Positions 21,701-33,942 of a stretch of DNA of 64,000 nucleotides are shown here, one piece after another. Under the pieces are notes generated by a model. That model was given only the letters and a program-made list of their open reading frames with translations, was not told the origin of the DNA and searched no databases. The stretch's first letter is position 1, and the number at the start of each line of letters is the position of its first letter. The stretch comes from Flectonema sp. DT1601 (Eukaryota): contig OZ025790.1 of assembly GCA_964019425.1 (NCBI GenBank), forward strand, positions 434,001 through 498,000, in the 5' to 3' direction. The translations under genes and the position numbers were made by a program.

Positions 21701-23442
21701 CTCAAGACCCAGTAACATCTTATCTAAAGACTTTTTATATAACTGACAACGCAGATTTACCATTTCTGCCTGATAGGTGTGTTAATTCACCAACGTGGAG
21801 ATCAACAGCGGGAGAGTGTAGTGGTTATATATTTCGTCATAAATCAATGGGTTGTTGGATTGTTTATGATAATGGTGAAATCTTAACGAGATCAAAACCA
21901 ACGTCGAGTAACTCAATGCCACATGAAGCGTCGTGGGATCCCAAAACCAATACTGTAGTCGGATCACCGTCATCTGGTATAGTCGTTCAAATTTTATATC
22001 ATCAAAGAGGTGATCCAAAACAAGACATGATAACTGTTGTATGGGAGACTCACCAATGTAGATGGTCTCCAAGCTCACCTCCAGTCATTTTAGACAAACA
22101 TGTCTCCACTCATTCTCGTGAGAGTATTATGATGTGTGATGTTACTTTTGATAGTGATATTAGGTGGGAGTATTTATCAAAATCTGACTTGCTTTTTGGA
22201 ACCCTCAATCGAGTTTCTTGCTTTGCAAGAATACCACAAGGAAGTAGTGTTGCCACTCGGTGTAATATAAAAAATAGCAAGGGAAAGATATTATTTTCTG
22301 AAGCGTGTCATGAAATCTTCTCTGGAGGACCAGAAAAGGTTTTTACTCGAGGTGCTGCTGAGCCAACAGTACGTTGGATACCTCAAACAGGCATTCTTCG
22401 GGGAATGAATCAAGTATGGTTTTCTTTTTTTCTTTTTTTTGCCCTTATTAAAAACATCAAGAAGAATAAATGATTAAAATCAAACTAAAATCAGGTGTAC
22501 GAATCTTCTAATCGGTTTATTAATGTCTTTCTGTCGGAATTTAAAAAGCGTTCGGGGATATTGGCGACTCAATTATTCCCTAGAGGTCACTTAGCCATTG
22601 AATTCGAGTTTGCGATTATCTCTGGTGAATGTAGAGCTGAAATAGAACCATTGACATGTACCATAGCAGCCAGTGAGTTAAACATCAATCCAAACAACAA
22701 TAAAGACGGATTATCTCCAATTGCTAATCGAAGGGAGAGTGGAGGACTTGTTGTTGACGAGCCTGGATTTCAGTGTGTGATTCTAACTAATGCTTCAGCT
22801 CCTGTTGATGGTAGGGAACCAATTGTGAGAGCGATAAAAACAGCATCACTTGAGATTGATATAATGCTTCAGATAAGTAGAAGGGAATCGATTATCGTTC
22901 CTTTCGATATTTCAATACAGCTGCCTGTTGAAGGTGTTGATCAAATAGCATCACCTCATCCATCTCAATTAAGTGAAATCTTATCGAGACACGGCAACCT
23001 CATCCCTGGATGTGAATCTCCTACGAAGAATGTCAGTGATTTATTATCGACACCTATTAGGCTACCTGGAGCAGCATCACCTGCTTCACTTAGTAGCGTG
23101 CATACCTTCACTAATAGTATTGTGTCTCCTGTTGATGAGATTTGTATTCCAATACCAGACTTTATAATTAGAACAGACATCCCTTTTGATAATAACAATC
23201 CAGATAATGAGATCTGTGATAGTAATTATAACGGTGATGCTACTGATAATGAGGTAGCTGTTACGTTACCAAATCAAGTTGCGTTGCTCTCTCCTATTAG
23301 AAGTGAGCCATTGTCGCCTACTTTATCTTATCTTACGAGTGACTGTGTTCCTTATTTAGAACGAGCTCTCACTCCGAAGGCTGCGCTTCCGCCACTTGGA
23401 AGTCCGCAGGGAAATTCTAACACACAGTGGCCTCTCTTGTGA
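12763..23442 (+). CDS. Very large (about 3,500 aa) multi-pass membrane/surface protein; exons 12763-18445, 18524-22413, 22495-23442 (possible extra in-frame introns 13292-13363 and 13550-13636)
   Basis: Signal peptide; GT-AG introns join three ORFs in frame; Cys-rich CLPCPVGAYCDG...YWR...FYKC module followed by several TM helices and a YWE..IMLRK motif seen in protist TRP-like multi-TM proteins. Confidence 0.75.
20131..20160 (+). repeat. (AAC)10 microsatellite encoding poly-Asn
   Basis: Read directly from the sequence. Confidence 0.9.
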
Positions 23443-24113
23443 AGGGTTTTTTTTTTTTTTTAAATGTTTTTTTATTTACACTTTAGTCGGAAATACTTTT
23501 CCAAGTATTTGAGACTTTCTTTTTGTTGTTATTATCTCATGAAAGACTTGTGAGTAAATCTCTTTAACGTCATCTATTTTAGGGATGGGTTCATATTATC
23601 ATATCGAGTGCTTTTTTTCTTCTGTCGTCTTTTAGACGATCACAAACGTTATCTTTTAAGTCGGAGAGAAAAACTAATCTTCTCACACGATCTCTCTGTT
23701 GTTCAGAACGGTGGTGGTGTGAATCATTGCCTAATTGGTCTTTTTGTGGGATTTCTCACAACGCGCCCTTTATTCTTTTTTTATATCTCTTCTCGGTTCT
23801 TTTTTTTAATTTTTTTTTTTTTTTTTTTCAATTGTACTGGGTAACTTCTCACCTCACTCGTTGTTGTACGCGCTCTCTCGATTGTGAAGTGCTCATCTGC
23901 CGTGACAGAAAACTAGTAGGATACTACTTCTGTATTAGTGATGCACAGTAATGTATTTATTTATCTTCATCGCTCTCCTTTGTGTGATTTTAGATAGGTA
24001 GCATGTGAGAGGCCTCCGTACGACATGTTCTCCTGTTGATATGTTTCTTGTTGTTTAAATTGTGGTGGGTTTGTCTTGTTGTCTTTTGTGTGATTGGAGT
24101 TGTTGTTTGGAAT

Positions 24114-24152
<39 letters not shown>

Positions 24153-24822
24153 TTTTGAATTACTCGAAAAGGAGCCAATCTGCTACTTGTGATTCCTTTT
24201 TGAAATTATTTTTTTTTGTTTTTTGGTTTTCCGACTCTTCTCATTCTCTCTCTCTCTCTCTCGCTGATATTTTTTTTTAAAATTTTCTTTTCATAGCGTC
24301 TCGTTGATAATTTTCCGTGAATTATCTACCTTTTCCTTGGTGACCTTTGATAGAAATATATTTTTTTATTATTATTTTTTTTTAAATTTAAGACACTCAC
24401 TCCTTGGTAACAAGGAATTCTTTATTTGACCCGTTTATTGCCTTTTAATACACAGCTGGTCAGGTAGTATTCCTGTTGCTCTCTTACCCTCACGTGAAGA
24501 ACATTTATTTTTATTTTTCTTTTTTTCAATTACACGACTGACTTTAAATTGATTTCAGTTATTGCGATTGGAATCTCAAGTCATTTTATTTATTTACCCT
24601 GGTGTTTGCTTATTGCTGCCCTTTTTTTATAAATTTTTGTAATAGTTTTATTTTATGCATAATTTTTCACTGTTCTTTTCCTTTTTGACAGGTAAGACAT
24701 TGAGAATGATGGTTAAGTAGTCGTTACAGCTGTGCGATTGAATGACTGGTTCCCCGTAAGCATACCTTAATTACAAAATAAAATAAAAATATCATTTCTT
24801 TCTTAATAGGTGTCTTCGTTCG

Positions 24823-25995
24823 ATGGGAGGATTTCTCTCACCGAAAGCCCGTCGAACAGCAAAAGGAGTTTTCTTAGCTTTTGAAAAAGACGAGCTTCAC
24901 GATGAAGACCTACTCACTATTATTGCTTCAAACGATGGGAAAGAACGAAGTAAAAAGTTTAATGAAAAAGTAAATGCCAACACGTTTGAAGAGTTCCTTG
25001 AGGGTTGGGGAAACGTTGGAGAGGTAGCCGATAGGATGACAGAATTTTTTATAACACAAACGATTTCAACTTGGGGTGAGTCTATAAAAGATATCTCTTG
25101 GTTGAAATCTCAACTACCAACATCAGAACACCGTCACATCGATTCACCTTCACAACGACTAGCTGATGACGACATTGCGACAGCAACTGTAATACAACAG
25201 ATGTGTGGAAGATCTCCAACAGCTTTACGAGCGTTTTGTAGATTGTGTAAATGTGAACCGCATTCGACAACTGAGACAACAGAACCCATCGTAGCTGACA
25301 TACTACCCACAGAAGTAGTTCAATTGCAACCAGCACATGCAGAGTGTCAATCACCTGATGAAAATAATGAAAATGATATCCTCGTAGAAGATAGTAATAA
25401 TGTTTGTCTTGAGCAGCAAGCTGATCCAGTTGAAGAACCCCCAAATGATAACATAATAACTTCAGTAGATGTTGTTATGGAAGAGTCTGATTTGATAAAA
25501 GAAGAACAGGCAGCCAGAGAGAGATTACTACTCCGAATGAATGGCTGTGACAGGGGGAGTGAAATAAAAACTGAAACTGATATTTCAGTTTCTGAAATTA
25601 GGAACACAGTCGCTCACTTATCAAGTTTAAGACAAACCCTCGAAGGGATTCGTGTAAATCAAAGTCTTAATATTTCCTATAACGAATCAAAGCGATCTGA
25701 TGCTTATTTCGCATCTCCTCCTCTTCCGTTTAAAGTTGAGGACAATCAGCATCTGTACAGGGATTCTGTTGAGAGTGTTGTATGTGCTCCTCCATACCTC
25801 CCTCCTCAAACTCAACAATACCAGAATTCTTCTCAGTGTAGATCTGTTGCATACCTTCCACCTGAAAGAAATGTAACTCACAGTAGCAAACCTGCGAATA
25901 AACATCTAAGTTATGTAGTTAGCGAGGCAAAGAGACTCTCTCATTCCAGCAAACAAAAACGGGGAAATAAAATTCCGTTCACACTGAGCTCGTAG
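24823..25995 (+). CDS. Hypothetical protein, 390 aa
   Basis: Long ORF after an AG acceptor; no family recognised; the 5' end may be incomplete. Confidence 0.65.
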   Translation: MGGFLSPKARRTAKGVFLAFEKDELHDEDLLTIIASNDGKERSKKFNEKVNANTFEEFLEGWGNVGEVADRMTEFFITQTISTWGESIKDISWLKSQLPTSEHRHIDSPSQRLADDDIATATVIQQMCGRSPTALRAFCRLCKCEPHSTTETTEPIVADILPTEVVQLQPAHAECQSPDENNENDILVEDSNNVCLEQQADPVEEPPNDNIITSVDVVMEESDLIKEEQAARERLLLRMNGCDRGSEIKTETDISVSEIRNTVAHLSSLRQTLEGIRVNQSLNISYNESKRSDAYFASPPLPFKVEDNQHLYRDSVESVVCAPPYLPPQTQQYQNSSQCRSVAYLPPERNVTHSSKPANKHLSYVVSEAKRLSHSSKQKRGNKIPFTLSS

Positions 25996-26296
25996 TGTCG
26001 ATTGTTAGATCTATATTTCCCATTCCCTCCTCCCGCTGTATTTATTTTTTGAAAAAAAACTAGCCTTGTTGAGTCTTTGTATCTCATTATGTTATTTCTA
26101 ACATATATTCTGAGTGATATGTCGGGTTTTCGTTGAAATTATTTTTTTCAGTACAGGTGTCACACTTTCAGCATTCCCTGCCCGCCGGGTTCAGAAATTA
26201 TGTCAACATTCGAAAAGCGTCTCTTATTGCTGGTTATGAAACCAATAATGTGCATCCCCTCCTTTAAACAAATAATCACACAGCCATTCATATAAA

Positions 26297-27256
26297 ATGA
26301 TACCTCGAAACGTATGGCACACTGATGATGGTCGTAGAGCCAGTCGATCTGCTTCTGTCTCTCCAAAAGAACTAAAATTACCGAAGAAGAAAATTAATAT
26401 GACGAACTTGAAAACTATAAATATAAAAATTACTGCTGCGGCGATTTGTATCATCTCAATGGTGGTGATGATGTTAGTGTTTTATGATGACTTGTTGTAT
26501 GCACCTTGTTTATTTATTGAAGGTGGATATGCGAAATCGGGAATAACGTTGTGCGAGTTCAGAACCGACTCTACTATAGCCAGGAACAGTTTAGTTTACC
26601 TAATGGGTCGTGAACAAGTTTTAAATGGGAGTTCAACGGTGTTAAAAAATGATATGGAAATCACTTTCGAAGAATACATCTCCAACAACCCAGTAATACG
26701 AACTCCACCAACCCATCTTTGGCAATTATTCGATGCGACAATCCAAACTATGAAGCACAGTTCTGAAATAAGAATTCTCAATGGAGGTCAAGACCTCAGT
26801 TTACATCCATTTCCATCATTGTTTTCTTTCAATATTCTCAATTATGATTTAGAAACTATTAAAAGTCTTGTTAAATATACAATAATAAGCCTATTTGGAA
26901 ATACGATGAAAGCTTTATTCGTTCCAATGATAATGTTGTTACTGTTTTTATGTTATAGTTATCACAAAAGACTTAGACAGAGAGAAGTTGATTTGATTGT
27001 GTCAAGTTGTTACTGCGAGCTTCGGAATTGTAATTCAAATGGGATAAGTTTGCTGCAACTCCGTCGTCAGGTTGAAGCGAATCTTAGAAACAAATTATCT
27101 CAAAATCGAATTAGATCGCATTGGAGATTTCCTGGAGATGTAAATGGACAGATTGAGCTTTGTCTTCAGTACGATTTCAACGGAGTTGAGTTCATAAAAA
27201 GAAACGGTGAAGATATAGTAAAGCTAAGGGAAAAGTCAAAGCAAAAAGTAAAATAG
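26297..27256 (+). CDS. Two-TM protein, possibly Man1/Src1 (MSC-domain) inner nuclear membrane protein
   Basis: Basic N-terminus, TM1, Cys pair, TM2, then an about 90-aa domain (ISLLQLRRQV...W...RNGE) reminiscent of the MSC winged helix; tentative. Confidence 0.55.
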   Translation: MIPRNVWHTDDGRRASRSASVSPKELKLPKKKINMTNLKTINIKITAAAICIISMVVMMLVFYDDLLYAPCLFIEGGYAKSGITLCEFRTDSTIARNSLVYLMGREQVLNGSSTVLKNDMEITFEEYISNNPVIRTPPTHLWQLFDATIQTMKHSSEIRILNGGQDLSLHPFPSLFSFNILNYDLETIKSLVKYTIISLFGNTMKALFVPMIMLLLFLCYSYHKRLRQREVDLIVSSCYCELRNCNSNGISLLQLRRQVEANLRNKLSQNRIRSHWRFPGDVNGQIELCLQYDFNGVEFIKRNGEDIVKLREKSKQKVK

Positions 27257-27526
27257 TATAACTTTCTTAGAATTTATAATTCATCTCCTCTCCTGTTTTA
27301 TTTGAGGAGACTTCATCAGCTAATAAAAAGCTAATCAAGTCTTAGTATATAAGTCTTTTTATGATATTTCATACAACAGGAGGTGAGGGTTAGAAATATT
27401 GTTGGATATCTCATGTGAAGGTGTTGGGGGGGTTTTTCTTTTATTTTGTATTTGACGTGTTTGTTGTTTATTAGTATCGTATTTTTAATAAATAATATCA
27501 GCACGCTCTCCCGCACCGCTATTAAA

Positions 27527-28540
27527 ATGCACAAGGTCGCTGTTTTGGGAGCTGCCGGGGGTATCGGTCAACCACTTTCCCTTTTGATGAAGAGTAGTAA
27601 TCTGATTTCTGACCTTACTCTTTACGACATCGTAAACACACCGGGAGTTGCTGCTGACTTGTCCCATATCTCCACTCCAGCCAAGGTGTCTGGATTCGTC
27701 GGAGATGACATTGGTGAGGCGCTTAAGGGTAGAGACATTGTCATCATCCCTGCTGGTGTTCCACGTAAGCCTGGTATGACCAGAGACGATTTGTTCAACA
27801 CCAACGCTGGAATCGTTCACACCCTCGCCAAGGCGTGTGCTGAGCACTGCCCAAACGCCGCGTTCCTCATCATCTCCAACCCGGTCAACTCAACTGTTCC
27901 AATCTTCGCTGAGGCCTTGAAGGCCGCTGGTGTGTACAACCCAAGAAAGTTGTTCGGAGTTACCACCCTCGACATTGTTCGTGCCAAGACCTTCGTTGCT
28001 GAGATGAAGGGAGCTGATGTTAATGACGTTAAGGTTCCAGTTGTTGGAGGACACAGTGGACAGACCATCGTCCCACTTCTCTCAAAGACCGGATTCGAAT
28101 TCACCGCTGAGGAGGTTGAGACTCTCACCCAGAGAATCCAGTTTGGAGGAGATGAAGTTGTGAAGGCCAAGGCTGGAGCAGGTTCCGCCACCCTCTCCAT
28201 GGCTTTCGCCGGTATGTTGTTACTTTACATTATTTAGTTGAGGAGGTGTTTTTGTTTATAAATGAAATCAATAAACTTACTTACAACAGGAGCTGAGTTC
28301 GCATTCAGCTTGATGAGAGCGATGAACGGAGAGGAGAATGTTATCGAGTGTACCTACGTTGACAGCAATGTTGATTCTACCCCATACTTCTCTTCTCTTG
28401 TTCGTCTCGGAAAGAATGGAGTTGAAGAAATCCTTCCAGTCGGTGACATCAACGCCCACGAGAAGACTCTTCTTGAAGAATGCCGTAGACAGTTAGCCGG
28501 TAATATCACGAAGGGTATTGACTTCGTCAAGAGTTCCTAA
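27527..28540 (+). CDS. MDH: Malate dehydrogenase (mitochondrial-type), copy 1; exons 27527-28211 and 28290-28540
   Basis: [51 protein letters not shown]; 78-nt GT-AG intron. Confidence 0.95.
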
Positions 28541-29266
28541 ATCAGTTTCTTCTTCTTCTTCGTCTTCTTCCATATCTCTTTGTCATTTCATATATAATTT
28601 ATTTCATTCATTCTGCCTTATCCACTTCAAGAGATCAACTAACATACAGACAAGTGGTTTTCACACAACGCAAATCACTTGTCATGAAGTGGAGTGGTGT
28701 GTCTGTAATTACTAATTAGGTTCTGTTTTTTCCTCTCATTTTTATTAAACCTGGTCCAAGTTTGGCAACCAGCGCCTTCATACCACTTTTTTTTAATTTT
28801 TTTTTTATTTTTTTTTAAAGTCAGTCAAATAGTCAGCGGAATGTGAGATTGAGGGAGAAGAAAAAAAAAAAAAAAAAAAAAAAAAAAGAATCCTCGCGAG
28901 GTTCGCTTTGTGTCTGCGACAGAGCTTTCTGCAGTATTGTATGGTACTGCTGAGGTAAATTTTTCCTTGGATTTACTTTTTTATTATTTTTTTTTTTTTT
29001 ATAAACTTTTTTTTAATACTACTCGTTCTGCTGCTTTTACTTTAAACTGACACGAAATGCTGCCTGCGGGCCTTAATCCTATCTGTTATTCCTAGCGTGA
29101 CGAAATCTGCTGTGAGAATAAAGGCAGTAGGATTACTGTCCCAGCCACCAGCAGCTTTTCTTTTTTTTTTTTTTTTTTTTTTGTTTCATTTTTTTATTTT
29201 TTTATTATATTTTTCCCCCCTTTCACCTCGTCAACAAAGTTAATTCTTTTTAATAATTATGATAGA

Positions 29267-29297
<31 letters not shown>

Positions 29298-29499
29298 TTC
29301 GAACCAAACGGGTTTCGAAGCCCTATTTTTATTCAGCTCCTTTTTTCATATTGTTGATGAGAATATTTATGGATAGCGGATGTGATTGTGTTTCTTCATT
29401 CAGGTTTAAATCGTAATTGAGATAACGATGTAAAAAAACTGTGATAACCAACGACTTTGTTATCATAATTTTCATTCTCTCAGAACGTACGTTCAAGAC

Positions 29500-29817
29500 A
29501 TGGAAACGGCTGGTCCGTTTGATTGGGAGGACTCATCAAGTGAACAGAAACCTCTTCAAGCAGCTACACCATTCTGCGTATCTTCAGTAGCAATTACACC
29601 GTTTGGAACACGGCTTGAGACTTCACCAGCAACGGAAACATCATCTGAAGCATCGTCGGCAGTGTCGACTGAAAAGGGAATCAGATTACAAAATGCGAGG
29701 GTTGCTTTAGAAAGTGCGATGAGCCGACTGAAGAAACTTAAAAAGGAAGCTTTAGACTTGGCGTTTGTGGTACTTGAGATTGAAGATCAACTGGAAGCTG
29801 CGAAAGAAAAAAAATAA
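29500..29817 (+). CDS. Small hypothetical coiled-coil protein, 105 aa
   Basis: ATG after an AG acceptor; heptad-like C-terminus. Confidence 0.5.
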   Translation: METAGPFDWEDSSSEQKPLQAATPFCVSSVAITPFGTRLETSPATETSSEASSAVSTEKGIRLQNARVALESAMSRLKKLKKEALDLAFVVLEIEDQLEAAKEKK

Positions 29818-30268
29818 ATCCGAAAAATGACAGCGATTCTTATTAGAAATCCGTTTCTTACTTGACCTTCCTATCTAAAGATTTGTGTTGTTGTTTTTTT
29901 ACAACATTATTTGTTCGGTGCTATCATTTCACACCCCCGCCCCTCATATATGGGGGTTTTATCGATACCAACTGTTGGTCTTTTTACATGGCAACCAACC
30001 CTATTTTTTAGTTATAGCCAATTTCAAGTTGCTTTATATTTAATTTCAGTATCAAGTTACCCTACTTTTCTTTTTTCCCGAAAACTTGTCGTACCGATGG
30101 CTGGAATGATGGAATGCTGTTTTAGTAGCCTCGCCATTGTGGAGGTCGTATAGCGACTAGTACTTTGTGGATCGTGGGTTGTTGAGTACTTTTCTTAGTG
30201 ATGTGTGGTGTTTTTGAGTATTATTCTTCGACAGTGACTTCTATCAAAAAACAAAAAAACTCTTTAAA

Positions 30269-31306
30269 ATGTTCTCTCGTACCGCCATGAGAATGCACAA
30301 GGTCGCTGTTTTGGGAGCTGCCGGAGGTATCGGTCAACCACTTTCCCTTCTGATGAAGAACAACAACCTTACCACCGACCTTACTCTTTACGACATCGTA
30401 AACACACCGGGAGTTGCTGCTGACTTGTCCCACATCTCCACTCCAGCCAAGGTGTCTGGATTCGTCGGAGATGACATTGGTGAGGCGCTTAAGGGTAGAG
30501 ACATTGTCATCATCCCTGCTGGTGTTCCACGTAAGCCTGGTATGACCAGAGACGATTTGTTCAACACCAACGCTGGAATCGTTCACACCCTCGCCAAGGC
30601 GTGTGCTGAGCACTGCCCAAACGCCGCGTTCCTCATCATCTCCAACCCGGTTAACTCAACTGTTCCAATCTTCGCTGAGGCCTTGAAGGCCGCTGGTGTG
30701 TACAACCCAAAGAAGTTGTTCGGAGTTACCACCCTCGACATTGTTCGTGCCAAGACCTTCGTTGCTGAGATGAAGGGAGCTGATGTTAATGACGTTAAGG
30801 TTCCAGTTGTTGGAGGACACAGTGGACAGACCATCGTCCCACTTCTCTCAAAGACCGGATTCGAATTCACCGCTGAGGAGGTTGAGACTCTCACCCAGAG
30901 AATCCAGTTTGGAGGAGATGAAGTTGTGAAGGCCAAGGCTGGAGCAGGTTCCGCCACCCTCTCCATGGCTTTCGCCGGTATGTTGTTACTTTATATTATT
31001 TAGTTGAGGAGGTGTTTTTGTTTATAAATGAAATCAATAAACTTACTTACAACAGGAGCTGAGTTCGCATTCAGCTTGATGAGAGCGATGAACGGAGAGG
31101 AGAATGTTATCGAGTGTACCTACGTTGACAGCAATGTTGAATCCACTCCATACTTCTCTACCCCAGTTCGTCTCGGAAAGAACGGAGTTGAGGAGATCTT
31201 CCCAGTTGGTGAGATCAACGCCCACGAGCAGACTCTTCTTGAAGAATGCCGTAGCCAGTTGAACGGTAACATCACCAAGGGTATTGACTTCGTCAAGAGC
31301 GCCTAA
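30269..31306 (+). CDS. MDH: Malate dehydrogenase copy 2 with short presequence MFSRTAMR; exons 30269-30977 and 31056-31306
   Basis: Same motifs as copy 1; 78-nt intron at the same position. Confidence 0.95.
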
Positions 31307-31747
31307 ATAGTTTTTATCCTTTTAGTCATTAATGCGGAGCAACAGGAAGACCAACGAACGTGGAAACAATTGTATTTTTAGCGGCGCTTGCCTTTGGATG
31401 CGTTTTCGACTTTATTTTTCCCATTTTTCCCATTTCTATAAGCAAAGCTGTCGTATTGATTGTGATGAGGGAAGGAAAAAAAAAAAAAAGATTAAAAAGG
31501 ATTAAAATAATACTGGCCTGCTTTTGTTGTCATCACTTTTTTGAGTGAATTTCCCCATTATTTACGTTTTTTTTTTTTTTTTTTTTGGGTTTTTCCTCTC
31601 TTTAATTTACTTTTTTTTAAAAAAATTGAAAAACCATAATATTATCTTATGCTTTTCAAAAAATCAAAGCAGTGACTGGAATTAGTCACTCATCAGAGCA
31701 CTCTCTATAAGACGTGTGAAGCATAGCAAAGAACGGTCAACAAGCCG

Positions 31748-31986
31748 CTTTCTATCTCTGTGATTCTTATAAATTACGGGAGGGGTTAGTGTTTCCTTTT
31801 TATGGAGGATATCTGCCAAATTATCGAAAAGAAAATTATTTTTATTAAATATGTTTTTTATTACATATTTCTTATACTAAACAACGATTACTTTTACAAC
31901 AGGTGTTCTCATACATTTGTATGTCCTGAAGTAGTAGTGGTGGTCGTGAGATTCTTTTGATTGTATTTATTCCCCTGCAGACATTC
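31748..31986 (+). repeat. Diverged copy of the ATP synthase alpha upstream region (35191-35413)
   Basis: Shared blocks tttctatctc, agtgtttcctttt, tttcttatactaaa.aacgatt, tcctgaa..agtagtggtggt, ttttgatt.tatttat..ccct.cag. Confidence 0.75.
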
Positions 31987-32104
31987 GTTTTTTCTTTTTC
32001 CCCATCTCGAAGACATGTTATACGAGCGAAAGGGAAATGTGGCAGCGTAACGTTAGCACCTTTACTTTATAGGATTGTTTCCGGTTGCGCATAAACCAAA
32101 AAAT

Positions 32105-32995
32105 ATGGCACACACCAACACTGTTGAGACTTTATTTCGTCACGATTGTGTTGCGACAAAAGTTAAGATCAACATTCCAAAATGGCCAACTGGAGCACAT
32201 GTCCACCCGATTGAAGTCGAGTGCGTCTTCTCGGAGTGCGACAAAACCCACGACGAGGCCTTCATCTGCGTGAGATGTGGCCGCCGGTGCGATAAACAGT
32301 GCCTTGAGCACAAGATGACTGCAGCAGTGGCTGCGTCATTTACTGAGTCGGCGATCACGTGGATCTGCCCTCTCTGCACCTGGCTCGTTGAAAAGGGTCA
32401 AGAGATCATCCCAAAGGCAAGTGGCCAGAGGGTATCTCTCGTTGAGGAGAATTGCGATAATGAACTCGAGGAGTTCAATATTGTGAAGAGAAGGAAGACT
32501 GACGTAAGACGTGTCGCCACTTGGCGTGACACTGTAGGAACCACTGATGGGCTGAAAACCATCAGTGGGAAGATCGAGAACAGGTATGGGCCATTCCCGG
32601 TGAATGCGAAGGTCATGGCAAGCGAGGCAAGCCAAGACCTCAGGGTCATCTTTCAGATGATTGAGACCCTGCTCCCCATCGCGCACTCAAGTGGAGTGGC
32701 GTGCAATTCCATCCAGATGGCGTTGACGAGATTGGAGTCGATGAGGATGTTTAGGCAGGGGACAACGTCGGAAGGTATTGGTGCCTTCCAAGAATGTTTG
32801 GCAACCGAGTCCTACAGGGACATCACCGAAACACGCTGGAAGGCAGCGATGAAAGAAGCCGAAGCGGCTGATAGAAGAGTGAAACGCAAGAAGCGAACTG
32901 AGCCTGGACCAAAACCAATTACGGGAAACGGTAGCAGGGAGGGAGGAAAGGGTCCGTTAAGACGCCGACTTCGGCGGGATCGAGTTTACGAGTGA
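32105..32995 (+). CDS. Hypothetical protein with a PHD-like Cys cluster, possibly mobile-element derived
   Basis: CVFSEC...CVRC...CDKQC...WICPLC; basic C-terminus; visibly GC-richer than its flanks. Confidence 0.55.
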   Translation: MAHTNTVETLFRHDCVATKVKINIPKWPTGAHVHPIEVECVFSECDKTHDEAFICVRCGRRCDKQCLEHKMTAAVAASFTESAITWICPLCTWLVEKGQEIIPKASGQRVSLVEENCDNELEEFNIVKRRKTDVRRVATWRDTVGTTDGLKTISGKIENRYGPFPVNAKVMASEASQDLRVIFQMIETLLPIAHSSGVACNSIQMALTRLESMRMFRQGTTSEGIGAFQECLATESYRDITETRWKAAMKEAEAADRRVKRKKRTEPGPKPITGNGSREGGKGPLRRRLRRDRVYE

Positions 32996-33942
32996 TCCAC
33001 ATTCCGTCTAAAGAGAATCCTGCTGTTCGGAAGGTGGAACTCAAATATTAAAAAAAAGAAAAAAAAAAAAAAATGGAGTAAGTGTTTAAATATCATGGTA
33101 GAAAGAAATACGTGCGTCCCTAAAAAAAAGAAGTGTTTTAATATTAAGGTGTCTGATTGCACACAAAAAAAAAAAAAAAAAACAAAGTGTGAAAATAATT
33201 TAGTAACACCTATTCTTTTCTTTCCCCCTAAAAAGTGTTTCCCGTGTGAAAGAGTGCTATCGTTATTTTTGATATTCCGCCTTTCATAAGTGTCCTCAAT
33301 AAGAAAATAAGATCCGTGATGAAATATTACTGTAAACTTAATTAATATCACCTACCGACTCTCTAGAGAGTAACTTATAGATAAATCTATATCGATCCGT
33401 TCTTCTAAGTAATCTAAGGATCATTCTTCAACATGATCAGACATTGTGTAGATTAGGAGCCTTCTTCTATGTAAGGAAAACTAATCAAGAAAAAATTTTT
33501 TTTTAAAAAAAAAAAGGGGGGTAGAGAGTCCTTGACCGTGTTCTGACAATTGAATTATTAAATTATTTTATAAACAAATTGGATCGAAAAAAAAAAAAAA
33601 AACTGTTGTTAAATAATAACTTTATTAATTCTCAACAGCCGTTATAATGGGTAGCAATACCATTTTTGAAAGACTCGACGTTGTCCAGGTGTTTGAAAAA
33701 CATTAGTATCCTTCACTGTGGAACATATGAACTTCTTTTTTTCCTGGTAAAACAATATTCAAATCCCTTCATAGGAATCTAACAACATGTCGCATTCTTC
33801 GTAGTATTCGATACCCAGACATGATTCAATGTATGGATCGTATTTATATAATTGTTGCCGCTTGCCACACACATTATTTACACAGCAGCCATATATTAAC
33901 ACCCCACAGCAAATAGTAACTCAAAAAAAAACAAAAAAAACA

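Noticed and set aside
24003..24028. GTACGACATGT shared with family A
   Set aside because: Only 11 nt, with no hairpin or AGA context
33358..33425. Short palindromes (ctctctagagag, tatagat...atctata)
   Set aside because: Expected by chance in AT-rich DNA
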